Origin: an uncultured Chthonomonadaceae bacterium
Lineage (GTDB): Bacteria; Armatimonadota; Chthonomonadetes; Chthonomonadales; Chthonomonadaceae
NCBI GenBank assembly: GCA_963835065.1
Contig: CAWIEK010000045.1
Coordinates: 1 to 64,000, forward strand
Length of the DNA stretch: 64,000 nucleotides
Direction: 5' to 3'
Shown here: positions 1 to 10,157 of the stretch, piece by piece
Layout: each line of letters starts with the position of its first letter
How positions within the stretch are numbered: the first letter of the stretch is position 1
Position numbers and translations under genes: made by a program
Notes under the pieces: generated by a model
Told to the model about the DNA's origin: nothing
The model's database searches: none
Seen by the model: only the letters and a program-made list of their open reading frames with translations

Positions 1-237
1 TCCTTTGCCGAACCTGCTGCCGATAAACAGGATAGGGCCGCGTAAGTCCATTTCAAGCATCCGTTCAATGTCCAGCGCGACATACCCGTCGCCTCCCATA
101 TTGAGTTGCATGGCAATATCCTTTTCAATCGGCACATCATAGCGCATATTGATGTGGACATGGCCGCTACGATGCCCGTCAAAGGTAACTATGTCCAGTA
201 GTTTGACCTGTACCTTCGCGTTTTTGACGTCTTTGAA

Positions 238-780
238 TTAAGCAGAGCGCCTAATTTTTTGCGGATCAATTTCCCACTCATCCCCAACCGCAACCGCATG
301 GTCAGGCACGAAATTGAAGACCTCTTTCAGCGCTTCTTGAAGGGAACTGCGAACGTCCAAAGGCAATGTTCCGTCCGTGCCAGTAACGACAACCTCTTTT
401 CCCTTGCGCTGAATGAGAACCGTTTTGCCCAGCAACGGTGAGGTGCTTACCTTCTGCCCTTTATCATTCTTGTTGACGGAACGCATAGCCGTGTACGTTC
501 TGCTCAGGCTGTCGAATTCCCCATTCCCATTTTTCGACAAAACACTCTGCTGATATTTCTTGGTTTCCTGCATACCGGTATGCAAAGTAGGCACGGTCGT
601 AAGGCCAGCCGCAGGCTTCATGGTAACATCCATGCTTAACTCTTCTTCGACTTGCGCCACATCACCGACAGCAGATTTATCCGCCAGCCGGTACGTGTCC
701 TGCGCGTAAGCGGAAGAAACCAAACTCACGCAAAACACCAACCCAACCCAACCCCCCCGCAAAACATGATTTCGGCGCAT
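238..780 (-). CDS. Secreted hypothetical protein; the frame stays open past the TAA at 238-240 to the window edge (possibly interrupted gene)
   Basis: Signal-peptide-like N-terminus (VGLVFCVSLVSSAYAQ); in-frame continuation FKDVKNAKVQVKLLDIVTFDGH... from 237 to 1 has no stop. Confidence 0.6.
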   Translation of the reverse strand: MRRNHVLRGGWVGLVFCVSLVSSAYAQDTYRLADKSAVGDVAQVEEELSMDVTMKPAAGLTTVPTLHTGMQETKKYQQSVLSKNGNGEFDSLSRTYTAMRSVNKNDKGQKVSTSPLLGKTVLIQRKGKEVVVTGTDGTLPLDVRSSLQEALKEVFNFVPDHAVAVGDEWEIDPQKIRRSA

Positions 781-814
781 GGAGTTCTCTCCTTATCTTC
801 TTATCTTCTATCTT

Positions 815-1546
815 CTATCTTCTATCTAATGCCTGATGCCTAATGCCTACCCGCTCCTCCGTATGCCCGTCCGCGTAGCCAATGACGAGGCGCGAGGTCA
901 TGTGGATGAACAGGCCGACTTCCGCAACGCCGACAATGCCGCGCAACGCCGTTTCCAGCGCGGGAGGGTCGTCAATGTGTCCCATCTGCATGTCGTAAAT
1001 GTAAAGGTGATCGTCCGTGACGTAGGGTTGGGAGGGGTCGGTTTTGTCCATGCGCAACAGGACATTGGGAGTATGTTCCAGCAAGCGGTGGTGCGTGGCT
1101 TCGTGTCCGAACGGCACAACGGCAATCGGCAGGGGGAAAGAGCCGAGTTTGGGCTTCACCTTGCTGTCGTCCACAATGATAATCAGTTCGCGGCTGGCGC
1201 TGGCGACGATTTTTTCCCGCAGGAGGGCGCCGCCGCCGCCCTTAATCAGGTACAGGTCGGCATCCACTTCGTCCGCGCCATCGAACGTGAGATCGAGCGT
1301 ACCCACTTCCGATAGATCGGCCAGCGGAATATTCAACTGCGCGGCCAAAATCCCTGACTGCTCTGAGGTGGGAACGGCCACGATTTTCAGCCCCTCGCGC
1401 TGCACCCGCTCGCCAAGCGCCTGTATCGCGTAAGCCGACGTGGTTCCCGTTCCAATGCCGATAATGGTGTTCGGCTGCACATACTGTACGGCTCTGCGCG
1501 CCGCGGCGTCTTTTGGTTCCAAAGCGATACCCTCCCCTCGCGTCAC
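815..1546 (-). CDS. rpiA: Ribose-5-phosphate isomerase A
   Basis: GIGTGTT, DGADEVD and IKGGGGALLREKIVA motifs. Confidence 0.95.
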   Translation of the reverse strand: MTRGEGIALEPKDAAARRAVQYVQPNTIIGIGTGTTSAYAIQALGERVQREGLKIVAVPTSEQSGILAAQLNIPLADLSEVGTLDLTFDGADEVDADLYLIKGGGGALLREKIVASASRELIIIVDDSKVKPKLGSFPLPIAVVPFGHEATHHRLLEHTPNVLLRMDKTDPSQPYVTDDHLYIYDMQMGHIDDPPALETALRGIVGVAEVGLFIHMTSRLVIGYADGHTEERVGIRHQALDRR

Positions 1547-1681
1547 GATGGTCAGCGTTCGCTTAGTATACCTGAAAGGGATAAGGTGTAAGTAGTAAGG
1601 GATAAGATATTAGATATTAGATATTAGGCATTAGGCTCAAGCCCGCCCCTACTCCCTACTTCCTATTCCCTACTCCCTAAC

Positions 1682-2620
1682 TTACGCTTCCGGGTGGCGC
1701 AGTTGCCAGTCGGGCGGGAGTTGGCCGTTGTTGAGGGCGCGGGCTACGTCTTCGATGATCCAATCGGGCGTGGACGCGCCTGCTGTCAGGCCGATAACGT
1801 CTTTGCCTTCCAGCCACGCGGGATCAATCTCGTCGGGGGTTTCGATGTGGTAGGCGGGGATGCCCTGTTCCTCGCACAATTGGCGCAGGCGGCGCGTGTT
1901 GGCGCTTTTTTTGCCGCCGATGACCAGCGCCACATCTACCTGCCGGGCTAATCGAACCGCCGCATCCTGCAATTCGTCGGTTGCATAGCAGATGGTATTG
2001 ACGGCGCGTATGTCCGAAGCGGTTTTGGCGACTTCCCCGACAATCGCGCCGTAATCCGCGCTGCGCTGCGTGGTCTGGCTGACAATGCCGACCTTTTTGC
2101 TCAACCGGGCTTCCAGATACAGCGTCCGTATGTCCTCGACACTGGAAACAACCGTGACCGTGCCGCCCAATTCTTCCACCGCGCCCACAATGCCCTTTAC
2201 TTCGGTATGTCCCGGATCGCCCACCAGCAGCACTTGATAGCCCTGATCGTACAACTGCTTGGCCGTGCGGTGTACTTTGGTGACAAACGGACAGGTGACA
2301 TCCAGAATGGACAAGCCCTGCGCTTTGGCCTGCGCGACCACATCCGGGGCCACGCCATGCGCGGAAAGCACGACCGTCCCTTGCGGCATGGCTTCGAGCG
2401 TGGGCAGCGTGTCTATGCCCTGCGCTTTCAAACGGGCAATCACCTGCTCGTTATGCACGATGGGGCCGAGAACGGTCATGCTGCCGCTCTGCTCCTGCCG
2501 CGCCTGCGTCGCCATGTCCACCGCCCGCTTGACGCCAAAACAAAACCCGGCTACTTCGGCAACCACAATGCGGCGCGAACGCAGCAGGACGTCAGGAACA
2601 CAAAGGGTAGTCGCACTCAT
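1682..2620 (-). CDS. ispH: 4-hydroxy-3-methylbut-2-enyl diphosphate reductase
   Basis: GFCFGVKRA, IVHN, SAHG, DVTCPFV, SQTT, NTICYAT, SANT and TAGASTP motifs; start placed at the ATG at 2620. Confidence 0.95.
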   Translation of the reverse strand: MSATTLCVPDVLLRSRRIVVAEVAGFCFGVKRAVDMATQARQEQSGSMTVLGPIVHNEQVIARLKAQGIDTLPTLEAMPQGTVVLSAHGVAPDVVAQAKAQGLSILDVTCPFVTKVHRTAKQLYDQGYQVLLVGDPGHTEVKGIVGAVEELGGTVTVVSSVEDIRTLYLEARLSKKVGIVSQTTQRSADYGAIVGEVAKTASDIRAVNTICYATDELQDAAVRLARQVDVALVIGGKKSANTRRLRQLCEEQGIPAYHIETPDEIDPAWLEGKDVIGLTAGASTPDWIIEDVARALNNGQLPPDWQLRHPEA

Positions 2621-2786
2621 GAGAATATTCTCCAATCCATGACAGCCAGTAAAATTGCTTTGAAGTACTTTGCTCTGCAAAGTACTTGACACAGTATAAT
2701 CAAGGTTTTCGCTTTTGTCAAGCCTTATCTGAAAAATTGTTCCCTTCTCCCAAACTTGGGAGAAGGGTTGGGGATGAGGGCTATTC

Positions 2787-4505
2787 TTACGCAAGCAACA
2801 AACTCGCCAGTTTGCCGCCGTCTGCCGGTTCCAAATCTTCGGGCACTTTCTGGCCTGTCGTCAGGTAGGAAAGCGGGATGCCGGTGCGGTACGCGACGTT
2901 GAGCAGTGTGCCGAAACTGTCAGTTTCGTCCAGTTTGCTGAAAATCAGGCGATCCACGCGGGCGGCGGCAAACCGTTGAATGGATTCCAGCATGTCCTGC
3001 TCTTTGGTTTGAGCGGACAAAACAAGGTGCGTTTCACAGCCGACCGCTTCCAGCAGCGACTTCAATTCCCCGACCTGCATGATGTTTTTCTGGCTGCGCC
3101 CCGCCGTGTCAATCAGCAACAGGTCATAATCCGCGTATTGCGCGAGCACGGGCGCGACTTCCGCCTGACTGTACGCCACGCCGATGGGAATGTCTAAAAT
3201 CTGGCTGTAGATTTTCAACTGCTCCACAGCGGCGATGCGGTACGTGTCCATTGTCAGCAAGGCGACTTTCTTCTTTTCCACCAGGGCGAAATGCGCGGCG
3301 AGTTTGGCAATCGTCGTCGTTTTGCCCACGCCCGTCGGCCCGATCAGCGCAACCGCTTTCAGCTGCCCCGGCGTCAGGTCAATTGGTCCCGAACTGCACA
3401 CGCGGCGCGCAACCAGGTCGCGCAGGGCGGCGACGGCCAGCGGTTCCTGCGCTTCCTCGCTCCACGCGCTGAAGTCCGGCAGTTCGTCCAGCAGTTCGTG
3501 CGCCAGCGCGGGCGACACGCCCCCATCCACCAGCCGGGCATGAATCTCAGGAAAGCGCGGCATTTCCACATCGGCCAGCGACGTCAGTTGCGCGGCATGG
3601 GCGGCGGCAGTAATGGCGGGCGTGACCGCAGAAACAACGGCGGAAACCGCGCGGTCATGGCTCGTCTGCTGCGCGCGCTGCAAAGCCGACAGCCCCTCCC
3701 GAATCTCGCGCATCGCCTGTTCCAAAACACTAAACCGCGCATCCTCCACAGGTAATGATGAGTGATGAGTGATGAGTGATGAACGGCTGTTTTCTGTTCC
3801 CTGTTCCCTGTTCCCTGTTCCCTGCTCTTCCTCTGCTTCCTCCGCCTGATTGGATTGGAAAGCGTATGCAGGGCGGCGGGAGGGTTCCTGTGCAGGCTGT
3901 GGCGCGGAGCGGGGAGCGGGCGCGGGCGAAGCCGAAGAATTTTTTGCGGCAGACGTTCCGTTGGAGCGGGCGTAGGCATTTCGGGCGGCGGCAACAGCGG
4001 CGTTTTGTCCGGCAATCTGTCCTGCTTGTCCCGCTTTCGGCGCGGGTTTGGCGGATGCGGTGTGCCGCGGGTTGTGGGAAAGGTCTTGCGTGGAAGAATC
4101 GCTGCGGCGTGGCTCCGAATCGCGCTCGTTTCTCTCTATGCCATTGCGTTCGTTTCTTTCTACGCCATTGCGTTCGTTTCTCTCTGCGCCACCGCTCCTG
4201 TCGGCGGCAATCACGGACTTGGCGCGGGAAACAAGATCGTTTTCCGGTTTGGCGGCGCGGGGCGAAGCGGCAGGTTCGGAACGCGAGTGTGGCGCAGACG
4301 CCTGGGAGCGGCGGGGCGACATATCCTCTTTCACGCTGATGCCGATGGCGGCCACAATGCACACCGCTTCGCGCGCGCCCATGCCCAACACACCGCCCTT
4401 GCGGGTTTTCTTGGTTTCCAAAATCACCGCTTCGGGGCCGAGGTCATCGCGCACCTGCTGCAGGCACTCCTTCAGCGTATATGCCTCATATTCTTTGATC
4501 TGCAT
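2787..4505 (-). CDS. flhF: Flagellar biosynthesis SRP-type GTPase FlhF
   Basis: N-terminal MQIKEYEAYTLKECLQQVRDDLGPEAVIL; GPTGVGKTTTIAKLAA, DTYRIAAVEQL, DTAGRS, SKLDET and TGQKVPEDL motifs. Confidence 0.93.
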   Translation of the reverse strand: MQIKEYEAYTLKECLQQVRDDLGPEAVILETKKTRKGGVLGMGAREAVCIVAAIGISVKEDMSPRRSQASAPHSRSEPAASPRAAKPENDLVSRAKSVIAADRSGGAERNERNGVERNERNGIERNERDSEPRRSDSSTQDLSHNPRHTASAKPAPKAGQAGQIAGQNAAVAAARNAYARSNGTSAAKNSSASPAPAPRSAPQPAQEPSRRPAYAFQSNQAEEAEEEQGTGNREQGTENSRSSLITHHSSLPVEDARFSVLEQAMREIREGLSALQRAQQTSHDRAVSAVVSAVTPAITAAAHAAQLTSLADVEMPRFPEIHARLVDGGVSPALAHELLDELPDFSAWSEEAQEPLAVAALRDLVARRVCSSGPIDLTPGQLKAVALIGPTGVGKTTTIAKLAAHFALVEKKKVALLTMDTYRIAAVEQLKIYSQILDIPIGVAYSQAEVAPVLAQYADYDLLLIDTAGRSQKNIMQVGELKSLLEAVGCETHLVLSAQTKEQDMLESIQRFAAARVDRLIFSKLDETDSFGTLLNVAYRTGIPLSYLTTGQKVPEDLEPADGGKLASLLLA

Positions 4506-4683
4506 TGCAAACAGGCCTCCGCCAATTCAGGAAAACTGCGATGCGAGAGGATGGCTGGCTCACGCGCCATGCTGCGCTTGAGCCGGTAACAGCATCCTGC
4601 TTTATTATCGGCGAGAAGAACCGTACAATTCAGGGGGATTTCACACGGAGAGTTCATGGGCAGGTTGACTTGCTTTGTCTCTA

Positions 4684-5715
4684 TTAGAGGGCGCGTACAT
4701 CTACAATTTGCCCTGTATTCAGCGACTCAATGGCAGCCGCGATTACTTTTTGCGCGGCCAGGCCGTCCGCGCCCGATCCGTCAATAGCATCCGGCGGCGT
4801 TCCCTCACTCACCTGCTTCACAAAGCAGAGTATGCGTTCCCGGAACGTGTCATTAAAATCGCGATACCCGCCAAAAACCGGATTGGTATAAACGGACTTG
4901 GTCGAATCGCCTGCCGGGTACAGCGTCGCCTCGCGCCACATATCGTCTATCACGAACCGCCCCCCCACGCCCGCCACCTCGCAGCGCTCCATCGGATGCC
5001 CGCGCGCAATGTCGTAACTGCTCGTCAGATGCCCTACCATGCCGTTCGCCAGTTTGAAGTTGAAGGATGCGGTAGACCAGATATTACGCCCCGGCGCTTG
5101 CATGGCGAAACACTGCACCTGCGCAATGTCGCCGCAAAAATGCCGTATCAGGTCAATGGAATGGGGATTGAGGGCCTTCAAATGGTAATAAGGCAATTCA
5201 AACGGTTCGGGCCTGCCGATCCACAAGGCCACGTTGACGAAGAGAAGATCACCTAATTTGCCCGCATCCAGCCATTGTTTGGCAAGGCGGGCGGCGGGCG
5301 TGAAGCGATGGTTGAAGTCAATGCCGAAGCAGCGCCGCTCCTCCCGCGCCACCCGTACCATTTCCTCCGCTTTATCTATCTCGTTGCTGATGGGCTTTTC
5401 GCACAGCACATGGCAGCCCCCCCGCAGCGCCTGCACAGTCGGCGCGTAATGATCGCTGGAATACTCATATCCCCCGGTTGCCACGCTGCAAACGTCCGGC
5501 TTGCAGGCGTTCAGCATTGCGCTGACATCCACATACCAGGGAACACGCAGCCGCTCCCCGGCTTTTTGGGCGCGTTCCGCGTTGAGGTCGCACACGCCTG
5601 CAAGTTCCGCCAGCCCTTCCGAGCGGGAAATTGATTGATAGATGTCGGCGTGAAGATTGCCGATTGGCCCCAGGCCGATTACACACGCGCGCAGCATTGC
5701 GAGTTCGTTCTCCAT
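4684..5715 (-). CDS. Gfo/Idh/MocA family oxidoreductase
   Basis: VIGLGPIG Rossmann motif, HVLCEKP and FNHRF. Confidence 0.9.
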   Translation of the reverse strand: MENELAMLRACVIGLGPIGNLHADIYQSISRSEGLAELAGVCDLNAERAQKAGERLRVPWYVDVSAMLNACKPDVCSVATGGYEYSSDHYAPTVQALRGGCHVLCEKPISNEIDKAEEMVRVAREERRCFGIDFNHRFTPAARLAKQWLDAGKLGDLLFVNVALWIGRPEPFELPYYHLKALNPHSIDLIRHFCGDIAQVQCFAMQAPGRNIWSTASFNFKLANGMVGHLTSSYDIARGHPMERCEVAGVGGRFVIDDMWREATLYPAGDSTKSVYTNPVFGGYRDFNDTFRERILCFVKQVSEGTPPDAIDGSGADGLAAQKVIAAAIESLNTGQIVDVRAL

Positions 5716-6024
5716 TTCCCAGACTGGCGTCTTCGTTCATCCATTTCACGCATCACAGCCTATAATTGGGCGTATGTTCGGCCTGCCGGGTGTTTTTCCC
5801 TTCCCGTGCATAGACAGCCGGGAATTGAAAATCCCCGGAACGGTATTTTTCCTTACTGTCGTGACAGCAGCAAATGCGCTCCATCATTTTTTCCTGTTTT
5901 TCCTGATAAACTCCCCTGTCTGTAGTACGCTTTTAAAACCCGCGCGATACGGGCGCGAATTCTTTGCGTATTCAAAAGGACGTTCGCGTTAGCCAATGCC
6001 GGCATAACGATTGTTCCTCATAAT

Positions 6025-6882
6025 ATGGGAAAAGCAACAGCCATGAAACCCTACAAGACGATGCAAACGCAACGTATCTCAATGTCCGAAGAAGAATACC
6101 TGCGAATGCCACAAAAATTTGGATGGAAGTACGATTATTACGACGGCGAGACGCACATTCAGCCCCAGGAGTGGGCGGTTTTCGCGGCGGCTCCCGTACG
6201 GCTGCGCGAGGTTCAAAGCCGCCTTGCTCTGCGCCCCGCGCGGCTTGAAGATGAGCCGGAGTTAAAGACCGTCTTTCTGGAATGTTTTCACGACAGCGTG
6301 GAGTATTGCGATTGGTCGGAGGAAAAGTTTGCGGGTTCGGCGCAGCGGTGCGTAGGTGGCTGGTATACAGGAAGGCGCGGACAGCGTTTGGACGTATCCC
6401 GCGTCGCCGTTACCCCTGCGACGCCGCAGGAACCGGGGCGAATCGTCGGCGCGGCGCTTGTCGTCCGTGATGCCGTCGGCCCGTTTCTGGACCTGCTGTA
6501 TGTGCTTCCCGCCTGGCAGCGGCAGGGATTGGCAACCGCGCTTATGTCGGACGTGATGAACGCCCTGTACGCGCAGGGCGAGACGACTTTGTACAGCAGC
6601 TACCATCCGGCCAATGAAGCGAGCGTCACATGGCATACGCGCTTTGGTTTCGTGGAAGAACCCGATTTTATGCTGACGCAGTCCCATTTAGATCATGCCC
6701 GTTTCGCGCTGGAGCGGCGCGAAGAGTTGGGCGATTTGGAGCCGGAGGAGCGCGCCACATTGGAACGCGAATGTGAATTGTGGACAGCGCGCTGGGAGGA
6801 ACTGGCGGCGCGTATAGACGCCGAAGGAATGGGAGCGGTATCCCCCATTCTGCGCCACCACGCAGGTCGCAGCTACTACTAA
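6025..6882 (+). CDS. GNAT family N-acetyltransferase
   Basis: LYVLPAWQRQGLAT acetyl-CoA motif A; NEASVTWHTRFGF motif B. Confidence 0.85.
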   Translation: MGKATAMKPYKTMQTQRISMSEEEYLRMPQKFGWKYDYYDGETHIQPQEWAVFAAAPVRLREVQSRLALRPARLEDEPELKTVFLECFHDSVEYCDWSEEKFAGSAQRCVGGWYTGRRGQRLDVSRVAVTPATPQEPGRIVGAALVVRDAVGPFLDLLYVLPAWQRQGLATALMSDVMNALYAQGETTLYSSYHPANEASVTWHTRFGFVEEPDFMLTQSHLDHARFALERREELGDLEPEERATLERECELWTARWEELAARIDAEGMGAVSPILRHHAGRSYY

Positions 6883-6960
6883 GAACCTATCCCAATGGCC
6901 CTCAACCCCTAACCCCTTCTCCCAACTTTGGAAGAAGGGGAACCTATTGGGATAGGTTCT
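6882..6960. repeat. MITE/REP-like element: 15-bp terminal inverted repeats around a CCCCTTCTCCCA...GAAGGGG hairpin
   Basis: agaacctatcccaat (6882-6896) / attgggataggttct (6946-6960); related hairpins at about 2741-2780, 15652-15692 and 29554-29720. Confidence 0.6.
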
Positions 6961-6967
6961 AAGCAAC

Positions 6968-9313
6968 TTACGGCTTTGCGGCGGCGGCTTGCGCGCCTGC
7001 CGGCGTCTGGTTGGCGTCCTCCCCTTCTGTCTTCGCGCCTGTTGCGTCCGAGTCGTCAGCCTCTTTAGAAGCATCAGCCTCAGGGTCTGAGGCTTCTACA
7101 GGAGTCGTTCCCGTCGCCTTGTCTGTCTCTTCTGTATCGGACGAGCCGCCGCCGGGATCGCCTGGCGCCGCCGGAATCCTATCTTCAACATCCTGCGTCG
7201 TCTTCGCGACGTTCGGTGCCGTAACATTCGTCTGCGCTTCGTTCCCGGTCTGCGCGGCTCCGGGCTGTGCCTGCTGCCCCGTTGTGGAGTCGCCGGTTTG
7301 GCCGGTGGATTGCCCCGGTTGTTCTGACTGTGATGCGGCGCCAGGCGTTCCCGCGGCGGCATCGTCTTTCTTTACTGGCTGATCCGGCTTCGCCGGATCA
7401 TTTTCCGACTGTTTATCGTTCGATTGTTCACCGCCGCCAGAGGATTTTGACCCCGCCAACTTAAACTCTGCGCTTTGTCCATCCGCGTTGGTAAGGTGGA
7501 TAGTGTGATCCGTACTCAGCCATGTACCGGCATCTATTGCCGTCGAAGCCGGCAACTCCACTTGAAGCACTTTCGCGAACTCGTCCCGGCGATCTGGATC
7601 AACTTCCAGGGTCAGGATTTTTTCTATCGCCTGCGGGACATTGTCTACCAGAATACGCGCGCCGACATTCTGCGGCATGACGAATTCAGGGTCCTTATCC
7701 GTGCCCTTGTTAATGCGGCCCATGGACAGATGAATTCCATAGATTTTCAGCGTGACGCTGCCGTTTGCAGTTGTGGGCAGTACCTGTGAGATAATTGGCC
7801 CCGGGTTTCCAAAAGCCTTTCCCGCAATGTAGCCTGCGGAACTGACGCCCATCAACGCCAGCAGTTCGTTGGGGATTGTAGGCAGCGCTGTCGCTGTTTT
7901 GTAGGTCAGGATGATTGTGACGATAAAGATAATCCCTATCAAAACCGTCCAGAAGAGCTGCTGAACTTTTTCCAGCGCCACCGCGCCGCCATTCGTTATC
8001 AGATCGCTCCAGCCCGGTTCTGCCGGCCCGGCTCCTTTGGCTCCCAACTGCGCCGTCGTCACCTGGGAGGCAACCAGCGTCGCCAGGCTTATCAGAAAAG
8101 TATAAGCAAAGCTGCCCAAAGCCGGGATTTCCGACTTGTGGCGCACAATGAACTGCGCCACCCATAAAAAGCTGTAGCCGTATCCGATGAGGAACAGCCA
8201 CCATACCAGCTGCGCTTTGGAGAGACTGAGCGTGTTGTTTCCCTGCTCGTAGATAAGCGACGCGATAAATCCACGTGGCTGTTTCGGGTCGGAAACTTCC
8301 GCGCCGGCTTTTTTTGCCTGGGCATCTGCAATGTCTTTCGAGCGCTTATCCAGGTTTCGTTTAATCTGAAAGAGCAGGCGGATAAACAAAATGTCCACTG
8401 ACAAAACGGCCACAGCGATCAGAAAAATCTTGAGAATCTCGAATCGTGAGGAAGGAGCGTTCAGTGTTGGCGGGGGAGTTCCCTGTGGCGTTGCGACAAC
8501 ATCCCAGGCCGTTACCACCACATCTTTGTTTTGTTGATTGATGAGATTTTCGAAATCGTTGGCATTAAAGCGGGCGACGAACCAGTTGCCGTCGCGGTCT
8601 ACCTGTACCGTTTCGGCCTCAGTAGCTCCAATATGAAGTTTGATCTTATCGCTCGGCCCTGCCAGCCCGGTTCCCACCACCGTGATGAGGGCATCGGGTT
8701 TAACATCTTCAGGATAGATTTTGGTAAGGGTAGGCAGCGCAGTAGGGTACACGGTCAGCAGCGAGGCAGCCAATTCTTTTCCATCCAGAGTAACCTTCAC
8801 CGGATGATCGCCTTTCGTCAGGCTATCCGGCGTCTTGAAGGTGATCGAGGATAGATTCGTGGCTTTGTCTACGTCCACTTTTGTGACAAAGGCGGGTTTG
8901 TTGTCGTCAACAGTTACCTCCGGTTTTCCGGCGGCAAGTACGGGAGGGTTGAACGTCAGCGTGACCGTATCCCCGGCGCGTATGTCGCCGCCTGTTCCCT
9001 TGCCTGGTGACTTATTCATCAATGTAATCTGCGCCTGTATTTTCATTCCTGTGCAGGCGATGCCCATTCCAATGAAGAGGAAATGCAGGAGAATGGAAAG
9101 GCTTTTCAGCTTGCGCCACGGGTTAGCAGGCGGCGATGCAGCGCGACGCGCCAGGCATGAAGAGGCGTTCCCAAACGACATTGACAGGTCGGCGACGGCG
9201 TTGCGAAGGAGAATCGGTTGAAAACGAAGGTCTGCTGCGAACATGAAATACCTTTCTATCCTGGCTCTATCCATTAGAAAAGGGGCATTATCCAATGGCA
9301 AGCGCAAAGGCAT
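6968..9313 (-). CDS. Membrane protein with IPT/TIG-like domains, a multi-TM core and an acidic low-complexity tail (true start probably near 9050-9120)
   Basis: PTLTKIYPE...ITVVGTGL IPT-like segment; SLSKAQLVWW, LEKVQQLFWT and LPTIPNELLALMGVSSAGY TM segments. Confidence 0.65.
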   Translation of the reverse strand: MPLRLPLDNAPFLMDRARIERYFMFAADLRFQPILLRNAVADLSMSFGNASSCLARRAASPPANPWRKLKSLSILLHFLFIGMGIACTGMKIQAQITLMNKSPGKGTGGDIRAGDTVTLTFNPPVLAAGKPEVTVDDNKPAFVTKVDVDKATNLSSITFKTPDSLTKGDHPVKVTLDGKELAASLLTVYPTALPTLTKIYPEDVKPDALITVVGTGLAGPSDKIKLHIGATEAETVQVDRDGNWFVARFNANDFENLINQQNKDVVVTAWDVVATPQGTPPPTLNAPSSRFEILKIFLIAVAVLSVDILFIRLLFQIKRNLDKRSKDIADAQAKKAGAEVSDPKQPRGFIASLIYEQGNNTLSLSKAQLVWWLFLIGYGYSFLWVAQFIVRHKSEIPALGSFAYTFLISLATLVASQVTTAQLGAKGAGPAEPGWSDLITNGGAVALEKVQQLFWTVLIGIIFIVTIILTYKTATALPTIPNELLALMGVSSAGYIAGKAFGNPGPIISQVLPTTANGSVTLKIYGIHLSMGRINKGTDKDPEFVMPQNVGARILVDNVPQAIEKILTLEVDPDRRDEFAKVLQVELPASTAIDAGTWLSTDHTIHLTNADGQSAEFKLAGSKSSGGGEQSNDKQSENDPAKPDQPVKKDDAAAGTPGAASQSEQPGQSTGQTGDSTTGQQAQPGAAQTGNEAQTNVTAPNVAKTTQDVEDRIPAAPGDPGGGSSDTEETDKATGTTPVEASDPEADASKEADDSDATGAKTEGEDANQTPAGAQAAAAKP

Positions 9314-9386
9314 GTATCTTGAGAAAATTTAACGGAATTATAACCAAAATAATAGCGCGTGTCAATAGCGGGGCTGGCAATCGCAA

Positions 9387-9995
9387 TCAGCAGCTAAGGT
9401 TCCGATTTGCGCCAATACGCTGATTCAATTCTGTGGATAAGGCATATATGCGTTCGGAGGGGAGTAACGCCCGCGCCTGCGCTTCCTTGCCGGTTCGCAG
9501 CAGCGTCGCTATCTTCCTGACGCGCGGCGTGTAATCCTCAATGGCAACCGTCCATTCTTCCACATAGCGGCGAATGATGTGGCGGCTCAGACCAACTTGA
9601 ATGCTGCCGTAAGGCAGACTACCGCCGCGTAATGAACGCTCCGGGTCCCATTGAATATGCGCCTGCGCGTGGGCAAACTGCTCCTTCCAGAGCGCGTAGG
9701 TTGGATAAACGCGCGGTTCTGCGCTGGTCAGGACGCCAAGCGACAAGGCTTCTTCCCACCCGGCGCGCGTGATTCGCACCGCCAAAATCTGTTCCTGTCC
9801 CGGCTTTTGCGCCCAATGGCTGCGCTCCATCAGCCACAGGAAGGAAGGCTTGATCCACGTCATGCGCCCACAGGAGAACGGCGGCACGAACCTTTGCGCG
9901 GCGATGGCAGGCGCGGCCATCGCCGGCGAGTACGCCTGATAGACCACAATAGAAGTCGCATCATAATCGGCCCGTATTTCTCGCTCGGCAGGCAT
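9387..9995 (-). CDS. DUF4291 family protein
   Basis: IRADYDATSIVVYQAY, RMTWIKPSFLWLMERS, IQWDPER and SIQVGL motifs. Confidence 0.85.
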   Translation of the reverse strand: MPAEREIRADYDATSIVVYQAYSPAMAAPAIAAQRFVPPFSCGRMTWIKPSFLWLMERSHWAQKPGQEQILAVRITRAGWEEALSLGVLTSAEPRVYPTYALWKEQFAHAQAHIQWDPERSLRGGSLPYGSIQVGLSRHIIRRYVEEWTVAIEDYTPRVRKIATLLRTGKEAQARALLPSERIYALSTELNQRIGANRNLSC

Positions 9996-10157
9996 GTTAA
10001 GTCCACCCTCCAACCCTATCGCCACTGACGTGATTTCTTCATGCAAAAACTTTCCAGTTTAAATATCTCAGTGCAATACCGTAGAAGCCCCGGCGTTTAC
10101 GCCTGGGGAATTGTCACAACGCCTCTGGTACGGTTGACGGCCTGCGATGCTTGTATT

